In this document: positions 38,748 to 48,053 of the stretch, piece after piece | Layout of the letters: each line of letters starts with the position of its first letter | Position numbering within the stretch: position 1 is the first letter of the stretch | Assembly: GCA_038212275.1 (NCBI GenBank) | Contig: JBBQUR010000010.1 | Coordinates: forward strand, 1-64,000 | Length of the DNA stretch: 64,000 bases | Reading direction: 5' to 3' | From: Planctomycetota bacterium | Lineage (GTDB): Bacteria > Planctomycetota > B15-G4 | The notes under the pieces: model-generated | Databases searched by the model: none | Seen by the model: the letters and a program-made list of their open reading frames with translations, nothing else | What the model was told of the DNA's origin: nothing | Translations under genes and position numbers: made by a program

Positions 38748-41612
38748 CTACTCCTTGACCCTGATCGTGGAGCGCACGATGCGGGCCTCCTGCGAACGAG
38801 GATGCACTTCCACCTGCGCGGCGTCGACCACGTTGCCTTCCCAGATGAGCCGGCAATGGCCGGTGAGCAGCGCGACATCCCGACCGACGTCCCACGCGAG
38901 TTCGTCGCCGCGCACTTCGATGTCGCCAAGGTGGCACACGACGTCGCCGGTGGCCTGCAGGCTGCGCAGTTCGTCGTGTTCGTCCGTGACGGCGCGCAGC
39001 AGTTCAGTCGCGGCCACGCTGCGCAGCTCGCTGCCCTCGCCCTGCTGCACCGAGGCGTGACCGAGCAGCTCCACCGTGCGCGTGATGCGGTCCGCCTCGA
39101 GCCGGTCACCCGACAGGTGCAGCGGGGCACGCGAGCCGGCCGTGAAGAGCGTGCCGACGGCGCTGCCTTCCGCGCTCAGGTGCTGCGGCGTACCGTCGGG
39201 CGCGGCGCGCACGGCGAGGCGCTGTGTGGCCGCCAGCGCCACGTGCTCCGCCGCCGTCCGGCGCTCGAAGGAACTGGGCCCCTCCAGCACGGCGGTTCCC
39301 GCGCGGCCATCGAGCGCCAGCAACTCGGTGTGAAAGCGGCCCTGCTGATCATTGCCGCCTTCGACGCCGTCGCGCAGCGTGCCGAAGCCGTCGCGTAGCG
39401 CGTCGTCCGCACCCGGCGGAACGGTCCAGTCGAGGCTGCCGCGCGAGGTCAGCACGAAAGCCTCCGCCGCGGGGGTGCGGGCCGCGAAGCTGATGCGCAC
39501 GTCGCTCCCCAGGTGCAGCACGCCGGTGCCGTCGTCCCAGCGCATGCCGGTGCCCGAGCCCGACATGCCCGCGCGCGACCACGCCACGGCCTCGCTGCTG
39601 GTGACAATGGGGGACGAGTCCGCGTTCTCCACGCGCACCTCGGTGCCGTCCACGAGCAGCGGGCCGTCGCGCCCGGCGAGGCTTGCGTGCGACTTGCCGC
39701 GCAGCGTCATCGTGTGCGACGGCCCGTCCACGAGCAGCGTCTCGGTGTCGAGCGTCGAGCCATCGCTCATGCGGCCGGTGACGCGACCGCGCAGCTCGCC
39801 GTGCCCGTCCTGAGCGCTGGTGGCGTGCGGCGGGGCGACCCACGTCAGTCCGCCCGCTCCGTTCAGCTCCGCCGTGAGCTGGTTCTCGGGATCCGTGAAG
39901 CGGATCTGCGCGTCGCGGGTCAGGTCGAGCTGGCCGGTCGTCTCGTCGTAGACCATGCCCGTGCCCACGATGGTCACGCCGTCGCGCGACCACGACACCT
40001 CGTCGGGCGAGGTGACCATGGCACCGGTGCGTTGCATCGACGCCGCCACCAGGCGCGCGGGCAGCACGTCGATCGGCCCGGAGAGCAGCACGACGTCGCC
40101 CTCGGCGGAGACGAGCGCAAGGCGCTGGTGCTCGTCGGCGCCCAGCGTGATGCGCTGCGCCGAGGCCTCGTTGCGCCGGTCATCGGCGACACGCCGGAAC
40201 TGCGCCGAGCCCTCCAGCCGGAACGCGCGCGCGGCGCCGTCGAAGAAGAGCATGTCCGTTGCGAAGCTCGTGCCGTCGGGCAGCGTGCCCGACACCTTGC
40301 CGCGCAGCTCGCCCTGCGCCGCCGCGATCGGGTCCGTCGCCTCCGGCGGGATGGTCCACGTCATGCCACCGGGCGCGAAGACGCGCAGCCCGGCGAGCGG
40401 CTGCTCGCTGTTCTCATCCACGGAGATCTGCGCTTCGCGGTCGTACACGAGCCGACCGACGGCCGTGTCCCAGTCGAGCTGCGTGCCCGTGGCGACGACG
40501 CCCTCCTGGCTCCACGTGACCTCGCCCGGTGCGGTGACCCGCGAGTCCTGCATGCGGATGTGCTCCGTGACCATCCACGCCGGCAGCACCGCGAACGGCG
40601 CGGACACCAGCCGCACGGAACCGTCCGCCTGCGCGATCGCGAAGCGCCCGCTCTCGTCCGCCTCGAGCGCGATGTGCTGCGCCGTGAGCTGCAGCTTGCG
40701 GCCCTTGTCCTCGCGCTCGTAGGCGGCGCGCTCCACCAGCCGGATCGTGCCGGTGCGGCCGTCCACGAGCAGGCTCTGCGCGGCGACGCGCGTGCCGTCC
40801 GACGCGACGCCCGTGACCGGCCCGCGCAACTCGCCCCAGCTCTGGGTGCGCGGATCCTTGCTGCCGGGCGGCAGGTTCCACGTGAGGCCGTCGGGCGCGT
40901 TCAACTCCAGGCCGCGCCGCTCGGGGCTCTCGACGAGCGTGATCGTCGCGTTGCTCGAGAAGTCCAGCCGGCCCGTGTCGCCGTCCCAGGTCATGTCTTC
41001 GCCGACGAGGGACATGTCGTCGCGCGACCAGGTGACGTGGCCCGGCGCCTTCACCAGGGCGCCGTCCACGTCGACGCGCTCCGCGGTCACGTGCGCGGCG
41101 TGGCCGTCGGCCATGAGCATGTCGCCCTGCACGTCGCCGATGAGGGAGAAGCGCTGCGCGTTCATGTGCGAGAGGTCGATACGCACTGCGCCGCCGACGG
41201 AGTCGCCGGTCTCGAAGCGCGCGCTGTTCGAGGAGAGCGTGCCGTTCTCGGCGCCCGTGATGCGATCGAGCAGCCTCACGAACGGGCTCTCGGCGACGAA
41301 CGCGCCCGACGCGTCGGGCCTGCCGGACTTGATCTTCACGCGATAGGCGGGCACTTCGCGCATGCTGCCGTCGGCGCCCTCCACCGGCTGCACGACGTCG
41401 AACTCGACCTCGCCCGGAAACATGACCTGCGTCGCGCGGTCATCCTTCTCGTCCTGGATGCGGAGACTCGGGGCGTCCTTGCCGGCGGCATCGAGCTCGC
41501 CGATGTGCGCGCGCTTGCGGCCGGAAAGAGGGTCGGCAAGCAGATACACCACGGCAAGACCCGCCGTCACCATGCCGGCGAACAGCAGCGCGCGACGAGC
41601 GGCCGGTTTCAC
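38748..41612 (-). CDS. Giant membrane-anchored LptC/LptA-like protein with four tandem beta-jellyroll-type repeats
   Basis: N-terminal transmembrane helix; four copies of V.WS.......G..(M/L).(W/Y)D...G.L, W..PP and G.LR; lies between kdsC and lptD. Confidence 0.7.
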   Translation of the reverse strand: MKPAARRALLFAGMVTAGLAVVYLLADPLSGRKRAHIGELDAAGKDAPSLRIQDEKDDRATQVMFPGEVEFDVVQPVEGADGSMREVPAYRVKIKSGRPDASGAFVAESPFVRLLDRITGAENGTLSSNSARFETGDSVGGAVRIDLSHMNAQRFSLIGDVQGDMLMADGHAAHVTAERVDVDGALVKAPGHVTWSRDDMSLVGEDMTWDGDTGRLDFSSNATITLVESPERRGLELNAPDGLTWNLPPGSKDPRTQSWGELRGPVTGVASDGTRVAAQSLLVDGRTGTIRLVERAAYEREDKGRKLQLTAQHIALEADESGRFAIAQADGSVRLVSAPFAVLPAWMVTEHIRMQDSRVTAPGEVTWSQEGVVATGTQLDWDTAVGRLVYDREAQISVDENSEQPLAGLRVFAPGGMTWTIPPEATDPIAAAQGELRGKVSGTLPDGTSFATDMLFFDGAARAFRLEGSAQFRRVADDRRNEASAQRITLGADEHQRLALVSAEGDVVLLSGPIDVLPARLVAASMQRTGAMVTSPDEVSWSRDGVTIVGTGMVYDETTGQLDLTRDAQIRFTDPENQLTAELNGAGGLTWVAPPHATSAQDGHGELRGRVTGRMSDGSTLDTETLLVDGPSHTMTLRGKSHASLAGRDGPLLVDGTEVRVENADSSPIVTSSEAVAWSRAGMSGSGTGMRWDDGTGVLHLGSDVRISFAARTPAAEAFVLTSRGSLDWTVPPGADDALRDGFGTLRDGVEGGNDQQGRFHTELLALDGRAGTAVLEGPSSFERRTAAEHVALAATQRLAVRAAPDGTPQHLSAEGSAVGTLFTAGSRAPLHLSGDRLEADRITRTVELLGHASVQQGEGSELRSVAATELLRAVTDEHDELRSLQATGDVVCHLGDIEVRGDELAWDVGRDVALLTGHCRLIWEGNVVDAAQVEVHPRSQEARIVRSTIRVKE

Positions 41613-42130
41613 CGGATGGCTTCCAGGAGCTTGTCCCAGCGGCCGGTGCCGCGCAGCACGTGCTCGACGAGGTCGCGCACGGCGCCGCGGCCGCCGCGCG
41701 ACGGCACGACGAGATCCACGCGGCTGGCCACGTCGCGCGAGCAGTCGGCAGGCGCCGCGGAGAAGCCCGCGCGCTCGAGAATGCGAAGGTCCGGCACGTC
41801 GTCGCCCATGACGGCGACCTGATTCGCCGCGAGGCCGAAGTGCAAGAGGATGTCGTCGAAGGCCGCGGACTTGTCGCGCGCGTTCTCCCAGATGCGCTCG
41901 ATGCGCAGCTCGCGGGCGCGGCGCTGCACCGCGGCGCCGCCGCGCCCCGTGAGGAAGGTGGTGTGGAAGCCCGCGTCGCGCCAGAGCGCGAGGCCCGCGC
42001 CGTCGCGCGTGTGGAAGGCTTTCAGCTCCTCGTTGCCCGCGCCGAGGATCACCGTGCCGTCCGTGAGCACGCCATCCACGTCGAGCACGAGCAGGCGCAG
42101 CGCGTTCAGGTCCGGAGGTCGGGTGCTCAC
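41609..42130 (-). CDS. kdsC: 3-deoxy-D-manno-octulosonate 8-phosphate phosphatase
   Basis: LDVDGVLTDG, RDG, GDDVPDL, GGRGAVRD. Confidence 0.93.
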   Translation of the reverse strand: MSTRPPDLNALRLLVLDVDGVLTDGTVILGAGNEELKAFHTRDGAGLALWRDAGFHTTFLTGRGGAAVQRRARELRIERIWENARDKSAAFDDILLHFGLAANQVAVMGDDVPDLRILERAGFSAAPADCSRDVASRVDLVVPSRGGRGAVRDLVEHVLRGTGRWDKLLEAIR

Positions 42131-43131
42131 GGCATCATCCGCAGCTCGAGCAGGTCCTGCACGTCGAGCAGGCCGACAGCGCGACCGTCGTCATCCACCA
42201 CGGGCAGCTGGTCGATCTTGCGCTCGCGCAGAATGCGTCGCGCCTCGCTCACGAGCTGTTCCGGGCGCACGCTGGCGGGCTTCTCGGTCATGACCTCGTC
42301 GATCGGCGCCGAGAGCATGCCGAAGTCGTTCTTCGCGCGTGCCGCGAGCAGGTTGCGGCGCAGGTCGCCGTCGGTGTAGATCCCGGCGAAACGGCCGTCC
42401 GTCGCCACGACGATGACCGCGCCCGGCCGCCCCGGCGTCGAGGTCATGCGTTCCACGGCCTGCGCGAGCGAGCTGCCGGCCGAGATCGTCGGCAGCATCT
42501 CCCCGCGGCGCATGACCTCTTCCACGCGCAGCAGCGAGCGGCCGAGGTCCCCGCCGGGGTGGAAGCGCGCGAACTCCTCGTGCGAAAAGCGGCGTTCGGA
42601 GAGCACGGCCATCGCGAGGGCGTCGCCGAGGGCCAGCATGACGGTGGTGGAGGTGGTGGGCGCGAGTCCCAGCGGGCAGGCCTCGGTGACGCGGCCGTAG
42701 TCGAGCACCACGTCCGCATGCCGCCCGAGCGGCGAATCCGCGTCGGCCGTGATGGCCACCAGCTTCGCGCCGATGTCCTTGAGCGGGCCGACGAGGCGCA
42801 GCAGCTCCGCGGTGGTGCCGCTGTTGGAGAGCGCCAGCACCACGTCGTGGCGCGTGACGCGTCCGAGGTCGCCGTGCAGCGCCTCGGCCGGGTGCAGGTA
42901 GTCGCTCGGCGTGCCGGTGCTGGCAAGCGTCGCGCCGATCTTGCGCGCGATGATCCCGGCCTTGCCGATGCCCGACATGACCACGCGCCCCTCGCACCCC
43001 GCGAGCAGCCGGACCGCCCGTATGAAGTCCGCGTCCAGCGTGGCGCCGAGCAGCGAAAGGGCCGCCGTCTCGGCGTCGAGCAGCGCGCGGGCGCCGGCGA
43101 GGATGTCCTGGTCTGAAGCCACTCTGAGCAC
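42127..43131 (-). CDS. kdsD: Arabinose-5-phosphate isomerase (KpsF/GutQ)
   Basis: SIS domain GIGKAG, ASTGTP, HPAEALHGDLG, PTTST, FHPGG, followed by a CBS pair. Confidence 0.95.
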   Translation of the reverse strand: MLRVASDQDILAGARALLDAETAALSLLGATLDADFIRAVRLLAGCEGRVVMSGIGKAGIIARKIGATLASTGTPSDYLHPAEALHGDLGRVTRHDVVLALSNSGTTAELLRLVGPLKDIGAKLVAITADADSPLGRHADVVLDYGRVTEACPLGLAPTTSTTVMLALGDALAMAVLSERRFSHEEFARFHPGGDLGRSLLRVEEVMRRGEMLPTISAGSSLAQAVERMTSTPGRPGAVIVVATDGRFAGIYTDGDLRRNLLAARAKNDFGMLSAPIDEVMTEKPASVRPEQLVSEARRILRERKIDQLPVVDDDGRAVGLLDVQDLLELRMMP

Positions 43132-43245
43132 CGCCCTCGTGCGCGCGGACCGTGCGGCTCCGCGCTCCCGGATTGGGGGCGGCGCGGACGCCGCGGGCCG
43201 CTAGAGTAGCGAACCGCTCGTCGCCTTCGCATCCCGGACCCGCCC

Positions 43246-43977
43246 TTGAACACGGAAGATCCCGCCACGCTCGTCGGGGTGCTCGTCATCCTGTTGCTGT
43301 CGCTGAGCTGGCACGAGGCGGCGCACGCCTGGGTGGCCGACCGTCTTGGCGACCCGACCGCGCGCTCGCTGGGCCGGGTGACCCTCAACCCGCTCAAGCA
43401 CCTGGACCCGTTCTTCTCGGTGCTGCTGCCCATCGCGATGTACTTGTCCACCGGCTACGCCTTCGGTGGCGGCAAGCCGGTGCCGATCAACGTGATGAAT
43501 TTCAGGAACCGCGCGCGCGACTTCATGCTCGTGGCGCTGGCCGGGCCCGGCAGCAACATCCTGCTCGCGCTCGGCTTCAGTCTGGTCTTCCTGGTTGCGG
43601 CGAGCACCGGGCTCATGCCGGCGGTCGTGATCCACAGCCCCTACGGCGCCGCCAACGTCATTCCGCCGCAGATGCTGCGGCCCGATCCGGACTCGTTCCT
43701 GCAGTCCTGGCTGGCGACCGGGGTCCTGCTGAACCTCCTGCTCGCCGCCTTCAACATGATCCCGCTGCCGCCGCTGGACGGCAGCCGCGTGGTGGGCTGG
43801 TTGCTGCCGGCCAGCCTGCAGCGCTACTGGTATTCTCTCGACCGCATCGGGATCTTGCTGGTGCTCCTGCTGGTCTTCTATTTCCACGGGAGCTCGTTCA
43901 TCCTGGATCACGTCTTCCGGGCGTATGACGTCCTCGCGAACCACGTGGACGACCTCGTGATGAGGTTCGCCACATGA
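43246..43977 (+). CDS. Site-2 protease, peptidase M50 family
   Basis: HEAAH, LGDPT, ALAGPGSN, FNMIPLPPLDG. Confidence 0.92.
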   Translation: MNTEDPATLVGVLVILLLSLSWHEAAHAWVADRLGDPTARSLGRVTLNPLKHLDPFFSVLLPIAMYLSTGYAFGGGKPVPINVMNFRNRARDFMLVALAGPGSNILLALGFSLVFLVAASTGLMPAVVIHSPYGAANVIPPQMLRPDPDSFLQSWLATGVLLNLLLAAFNMIPLPPLDGSRVVGWLLPASLQRYWYSLDRIGILLVLLLVFYFHGSSFILDHVFRAYDVLANHVDDLVMRFAT

Positions 43978-44005
43978 ACCCCGCCACTGCGCCAGGGAGC
44001 GCGCC

Positions 44006-44926
44006 ATGACCGAGCAGGTCTTCGAGCTGGAGAACTTCCGCGGGCCCATGGACCTGCTGCTGCACCTCGTGCGCGAGCAGGAGGTGGAGATCACGGAGGT
44101 GGACCTCTCGCGCCTCTGCGACCAGTACCTCAAGGCGCTGGATGTCCTGGAAGACCTCGACATCAACGTCGCGGGAGAGTTCCTGGTCATCGCCAGCACG
44201 CTGCTGCTCATCAAGTCGCGCGCGATCCTGCCGCGCGAGGAGGTGGACCTCAACGAGGAACTCGACCCCGGCGACGAACTCATCCTGCAGCTGCTCGAGT
44301 ACCGCAAGTTCAAGTCGCTGGCGATGGAGCTCGGCCACCGCGGCGAGCAGCGCGCGCTGCGCTTCCCGCGCGGCGCCTCCGAGGTGCCGCCGGAGGAGTT
44401 GCCGACGCTGGAAGAAGTCTCCATCTGGGACCTCGTCGGCACCTTCGCGCGCCTCACCGAGGAGCTGGGCCTCAAGCGCAGCTTCGACACGCTGCGCCAG
44501 GAGAAACCGCTCAAGGACTACCTGCGCGCCGTGCTCGACAACCTGCACGCCCAGCCGCAGTGGACCTTCCGCGAGCTGCTGCTGCATGCCGGGGGGCGCA
44601 CCGGCGTCTTCGGCGTGTTTCTCTCCGTGCTCGAGCTGACCAAGACCGGGCAGATCCGCGTGGAGCAAGGCGAGAACGGCGGCGAGATCGTGCTGCGCCT
44701 GCGCGAGGACCGCGACGAGACGCTGCTCTCGGGCATTTTCCAGGACGCGGCCGCGCCGCTCACGGCCCGGGTGGCCGGAGTCGTCGGCGGCCCGTCCGTC
44801 GAGGAGCCGGAGGGGCCGTCGCTCTTCCCGGAGCTCGCGGCGCCAAAGCCAGCGGCCGGAAGAGCCGCCGGCCCGGCGGCAGACGCCGACTCGGACGACG
44901 AGGACGACTCGGACGACGACGCCTGA
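44006..44926 (+). CDS. scpA: Segregation and condensation protein A
   Basis: FRGPMDLLLHL, EFLVIASTLLLIKSR, LLEYRKFK, FLSVLEL; acidic tail. Confidence 0.92.
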   Translation: MTEQVFELENFRGPMDLLLHLVREQEVEITEVDLSRLCDQYLKALDVLEDLDINVAGEFLVIASTLLLIKSRAILPREEVDLNEELDPGDELILQLLEYRKFKSLAMELGHRGEQRALRFPRGASEVPPEELPTLEEVSIWDLVGTFARLTEELGLKRSFDTLRQEKPLKDYLRAVLDNLHAQPQWTFRELLLHAGGRTGVFGVFLSVLELTKTGQIRVEQGENGGEIVLRLREDRDETLLSGIFQDAAAPLTARVAGVVGGPSVEEPEGPSLFPELAAPKPAAGRAAGPAADADSDDEDDSDDDA

Positions 44927-45179
44927 GGCTCATGCGCGCGGCGCCCGGCCAGCCGCACGACCAGCCCCGAGCGCGGCGCCGTGCCGGGCCGCGACGCGCC
45001 GGACACTTGGCCGCCCCCAGCGAGGACAGTATCGTGTGCCGCCCTGCACGGAAGGGCCGCGCGATCCCGCCGAAGGGCTATACGTTTCAGGTTCGCACCT
45101 GCGGCTGAAACCCGTGGCCGGCTGCGTGCATCGCAACGTCCCACCTTCCATCCCTGACCGATCGACCCGAGGAGTTCCC

Positions 45180-45521
45180 ATGGCCGGCAACGTTCCCGCC
45201 TTCACCGATGCCAACTTCGACACCGAAGTGCTCAAGTCCAAGTTGCCCGTCGTGGTGGACCTCTGGGCGGACTGGTGCGCGCCGTGCCGCGCCATCGCGC
45301 CGACGATCGAGGCGCTCTCCAAGGAGCTCTCCTCGGTCATCACCATCGGCAAGATGGACATCACCGCCAACCCGAACACGCCCAGCAAGTTCGGCGTGAC
45401 CGCGATCCCGACGATCCTGCTGTTCAACAACGGCAAGGAAGTCGGCCGGCTCATCGGCGGCGGCAAGACGGCCTCCGACTTCAAGCGCGAGTTCAACAAG
45501 GCCTTCGGCGTCTCGGTCTGA
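45180..45521 (+). CDS. trxA: Thioredoxin
   Basis: WADWCAPC active site, AIPT; GAGGAG ribosome-binding site. Confidence 0.93.
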   Translation: MAGNVPAFTDANFDTEVLKSKLPVVVDLWADWCAPCRAIAPTIEALSKELSSVITIGKMDITANPNTPSKFGVTAIPTILLFNNGKEVGRLIGGGKTASDFKREFNKAFGVSV

Positions 45522-45606
45522 GCCTCTTGCCCGGCGGCGCGAGGCATCCGCAACGCGCGGCTGCCCCGCCGCCGGCCCGCAGACCCTGTCCCGGAGTGAG
45601 CGCGCG

Positions 45607-46533
45607 ATGAGGGTCACGCTGCTCGCATCCGCCGAGTTCGCCGTGCCGGTGCTGGAGGCTCTCGTCTCCAGCGGGCACGAGGTCGCGCTCGGGACGCAGC
45701 CCGCGCGGCCGGCTGGCCGCGGGCGACGTGCGGCCTCCACGCCCGTGGCGCTCTGCGCGGCGGAGTTCGGGCTGGCCGCCGAGGAATTGGACGACGTCAA
45801 CGCGCCGGAAGGCCTCGCCTGGCTGACGACCACGCAGCCCGACCTGCTTGCCGTGGTGGCCTTCGGGCAGAAGCTCGGGCCCGCCGTGCGCGCCGCCGCG
45901 CCATGGGGCTGCATCAACCTGCATCCGTCGCTGCTGCCGCGCTGGCGCGGCGCGGCTCCAGTGCCGGCCGCGCTGCTTGCCGGCGACGCGGAGACCGGCG
46001 TGTGCGTCATCGACGTCGTCGAGCGCATGGACGCGGGCGACCTCCTCGCCGTGCGCCGCACGCCGACGGCCGCGAAGACCGCCGGCGAACTGCTCGACGA
46101 GCTGGGACAGACCGGCGCCACGCTGCTTCTGGAGACGCTGGACTCGATCGCGCGCGGTGACTGCGTGCGCACGCCGCAGGACGAAGCCGCGGTGACGCGC
46201 TCGCGCAAGCTCGTGCCCGACGACGGCCGCATCCGCTGGGAACACACCGGCGCAGACGTGGACCGCCGCGTCCGCGCCGTGACGCCGAAGCCGGGCGCGT
46301 TCACGCTGCTCCCGGACGGCACGCGCCTCTCGGTGCTGCGGGGCGCGCCGACCCCGTGCGAACGCGGGCATCTCCCCGGCGAGGTGCTCGACCGCGACGA
46401 CGGCCTCGTCGTCGCCTGCGGCCGCGATGCCTATCGCATCCTCGAGCTGCAGCGCGAGGGCCGCAAGGCCATGGACGTCGTGGACTTCCTGCGCGGCAAC
46501 CCCTTGCCGCCGGGCACGCGGATGGGTCCGTGA
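45607..46533 (+). CDS. fmt: Methionyl-tRNA formyltransferase
   Basis: TQP.RPAGRG, NLHPSLLPRWRGAAP, MDAGD. Confidence 0.93.
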   Translation: MRVTLLASAEFAVPVLEALVSSGHEVALGTQPARPAGRGRRAASTPVALCAAEFGLAAEELDDVNAPEGLAWLTTTQPDLLAVVAFGQKLGPAVRAAAPWGCINLHPSLLPRWRGAAPVPAALLAGDAETGVCVIDVVERMDAGDLLAVRRTPTAAKTAGELLDELGQTGATLLLETLDSIARGDCVRTPQDEAAVTRSRKLVPDDGRIRWEHTGADVDRRVRAVTPKPGAFTLLPDGTRLSVLRGAPTPCERGHLPGEVLDRDDGLVVACGRDAYRILELQREGRKAMDVVDFLRGNPLPPGTRMGP

Positions 46534-48053
46534 GCGACACGCCGCGCGACGCCTCCGATGCCCCGCGCGGCAAGGTGCGCAAGCCGGCGCATCGCGGCAG
46601 CGGGCCCGACGGCGTGCGCAGCGAGCGCGCGCGCGCCATCGCGTTGCTGCTCGACGTCGAGCGCGGCGCGTTCGCCGCGGAGCTGCTGGGCCCGCACGAC
46701 GGCCGCTTCGTGCGCGAACTCGTGCTCGGCGTGCTGCGTCGACGCCTGACGCTCGACGCCGTGCACGATGCCTTCGGCCGGCGCCCCGCCACAGACCTCG
46801 ACGACGACGTGCGCGCGGCCGTGCGCATCGGCCTCTACCAGTGGCTCTTCATGGACGGCGTGCCGCCACACGCGGTGGTGTCCGAGACGGTGGGCGCGTT
46901 GCGCCTGGCGGCCGGGGCGGGCGGCACCGGCGCGCGGGCCTGGGTCAACGCCGTGCTGCGCACGGTGCAGCGCGAGAGTCACAAGGTGCCCGAGGGACAG
47001 GACCGCGGCGGAAGCAGCCCGCGCAAGACGCTGCACCGTCCCGGCCGCTGCGTGATCTTCTTCTCGCGGCCCGTGTTCCCGGATCCTGCCGTCGATCGCG
47101 TCGCGTATCTCGCGGCGGCGCACAGCCATCCGGCACTGCTCGTGAAGCGCTGGCTGGCGCAGGTCGGCGAGGAGGCCGCCGTCGCGCGCATGGAGGCGGG
47201 CAATGCTCCGGCGCCGCTGGTGCTGCGTCCGCGCCTGCCGCGCTGCAGCGCCCGCTCGCTGGCCGAGACGCTCATGCACCAGGGCGTGTCCACCGAGCTG
47301 CTGCCGCGGCCGGGCGCGGTCACCGACGCGCTGGCGGTGAAGCCCGGCGCCGAGCGCGCGCTGGCCAGCCGCGCCTTCCGAGACGGCCTGTGCCTCGTGC
47401 AGGATCCCGAGCAGATGGATGCGGCGGAGCTGCTCGCGCCGCGCGCGGGCGAGGTCGTCTGGGATGCCTGCGCCGCGCCGGGTGGCAAGACCGCGCAACT
47501 CGCGGAGCTGCTGGAGATCGCGGAGGCAGGCGCAGTCACGCACGGCCGCATCGTCGCCACGGACGCGCGCGAGGACAGGCTGCAGCGCGTGCGCGAAAAC
47601 GTCGAGCGCCTCGGGCTGCGCGGCGTCGAGGTCGGCGTGCACGAGTTGCTTGGCGGCGGTGCGCCGGCCGGTCGTCCGGCGCGCGGCTTCGATGCGATCC
47701 TGCTCGATGCGCCGTGCAGCAACACGGCGGTGCTCGCCCGGCGCCCCGAGGCGCGGTGGCGGCTCCGCGAAGAGAGCATCGCCAAGCTGGCGTCGCTGCA
47801 GCGGCGCATGCTTGCGGCTGCACACGCGCAGCTCGCCCCCGACGGGCGGCTGGTCTACTCGGTCTGCACTCACGAACCCGAAGAGGGCGCGGCGCACGGC
47901 CTGAGTCCCACGCGATCGCCCTTCGCATGGATCGCGACGCACGCGGAACTCGGCGCGCTCGTCGACGGCTGGGAGCGCGACGGCCTGCTGGCCGGCGACG
48001 CGCCCGCGATCGGCCCGGCTGCGGACGGGCCGTCGCCTGGCGACGACGCGTGA
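46530..48053 (+). CDS. rsmB: 16S rRNA m5C methyltransferase RsmB/Sun with a NusB-like N-terminal domain
   Basis: VNAVLR, SHP, VQD, DACAAPGGKT, DAPCS, YSVCT; GTGA overlap with fmt. Confidence 0.85.
   Translation: MSDTPRDASDAPRGKVRKPAHRGSGPDGVRSERARAIALLLDVERGAFAAELLGPHDGRFVRELVLGVLRRRLTLDAVHDAFGRRPATDLDDDVRAAVRIGLYQWLFMDGVPPHAVVSETVGALRLAAGAGGTGARAWVNAVLRTVQRESHKVPEGQDRGGSSPRKTLHRPGRCVIFFSRPVFPDPAVDRVAYLAAAHSHPALLVKRWLAQVGEEAAVARMEAGNAPAPLVLRPRLPRCSARSLAETLMHQGVSTELLPRPGAVTDALAVKPGAERALASRAFRDGLCLVQDPEQMDAAELLAPRAGEVVWDACAAPGGKTAQLAELLEIAEAGAVTHGRIVATDAREDRLQRVRENVERLGLRGVEVGVHELLGGGAPAGRPARGFDAILLDAPCSNTAVLARRPEARWRLREESIAKLASLQRRMLAAAHAQLAPDGRLVYSVCTHEPEEGAAHGLSPTRSPFAWIATHAELGALVDGWERDGLLAGDAPAIGPAADGPSPGDDA

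Noticed and set aside
40874..40889. parS-like sequence GGTTCCACGTGAGGCC
   Set aside because: Only one arm matches, and it lies in coding sequence where CACGTG is common by chance
36422..41822. Plus-strand ORFs of 778 and 769 aa
   Set aside because: Antisense shadows of lptD and the LptC/LptA-like gene
46427..48049. 883-aa fusion ORF upstream of the TIM-barrel gene
   Set aside because: Off-frame overlap with rsmB; the real start is GTG 48050, coupled to the rsmB stop
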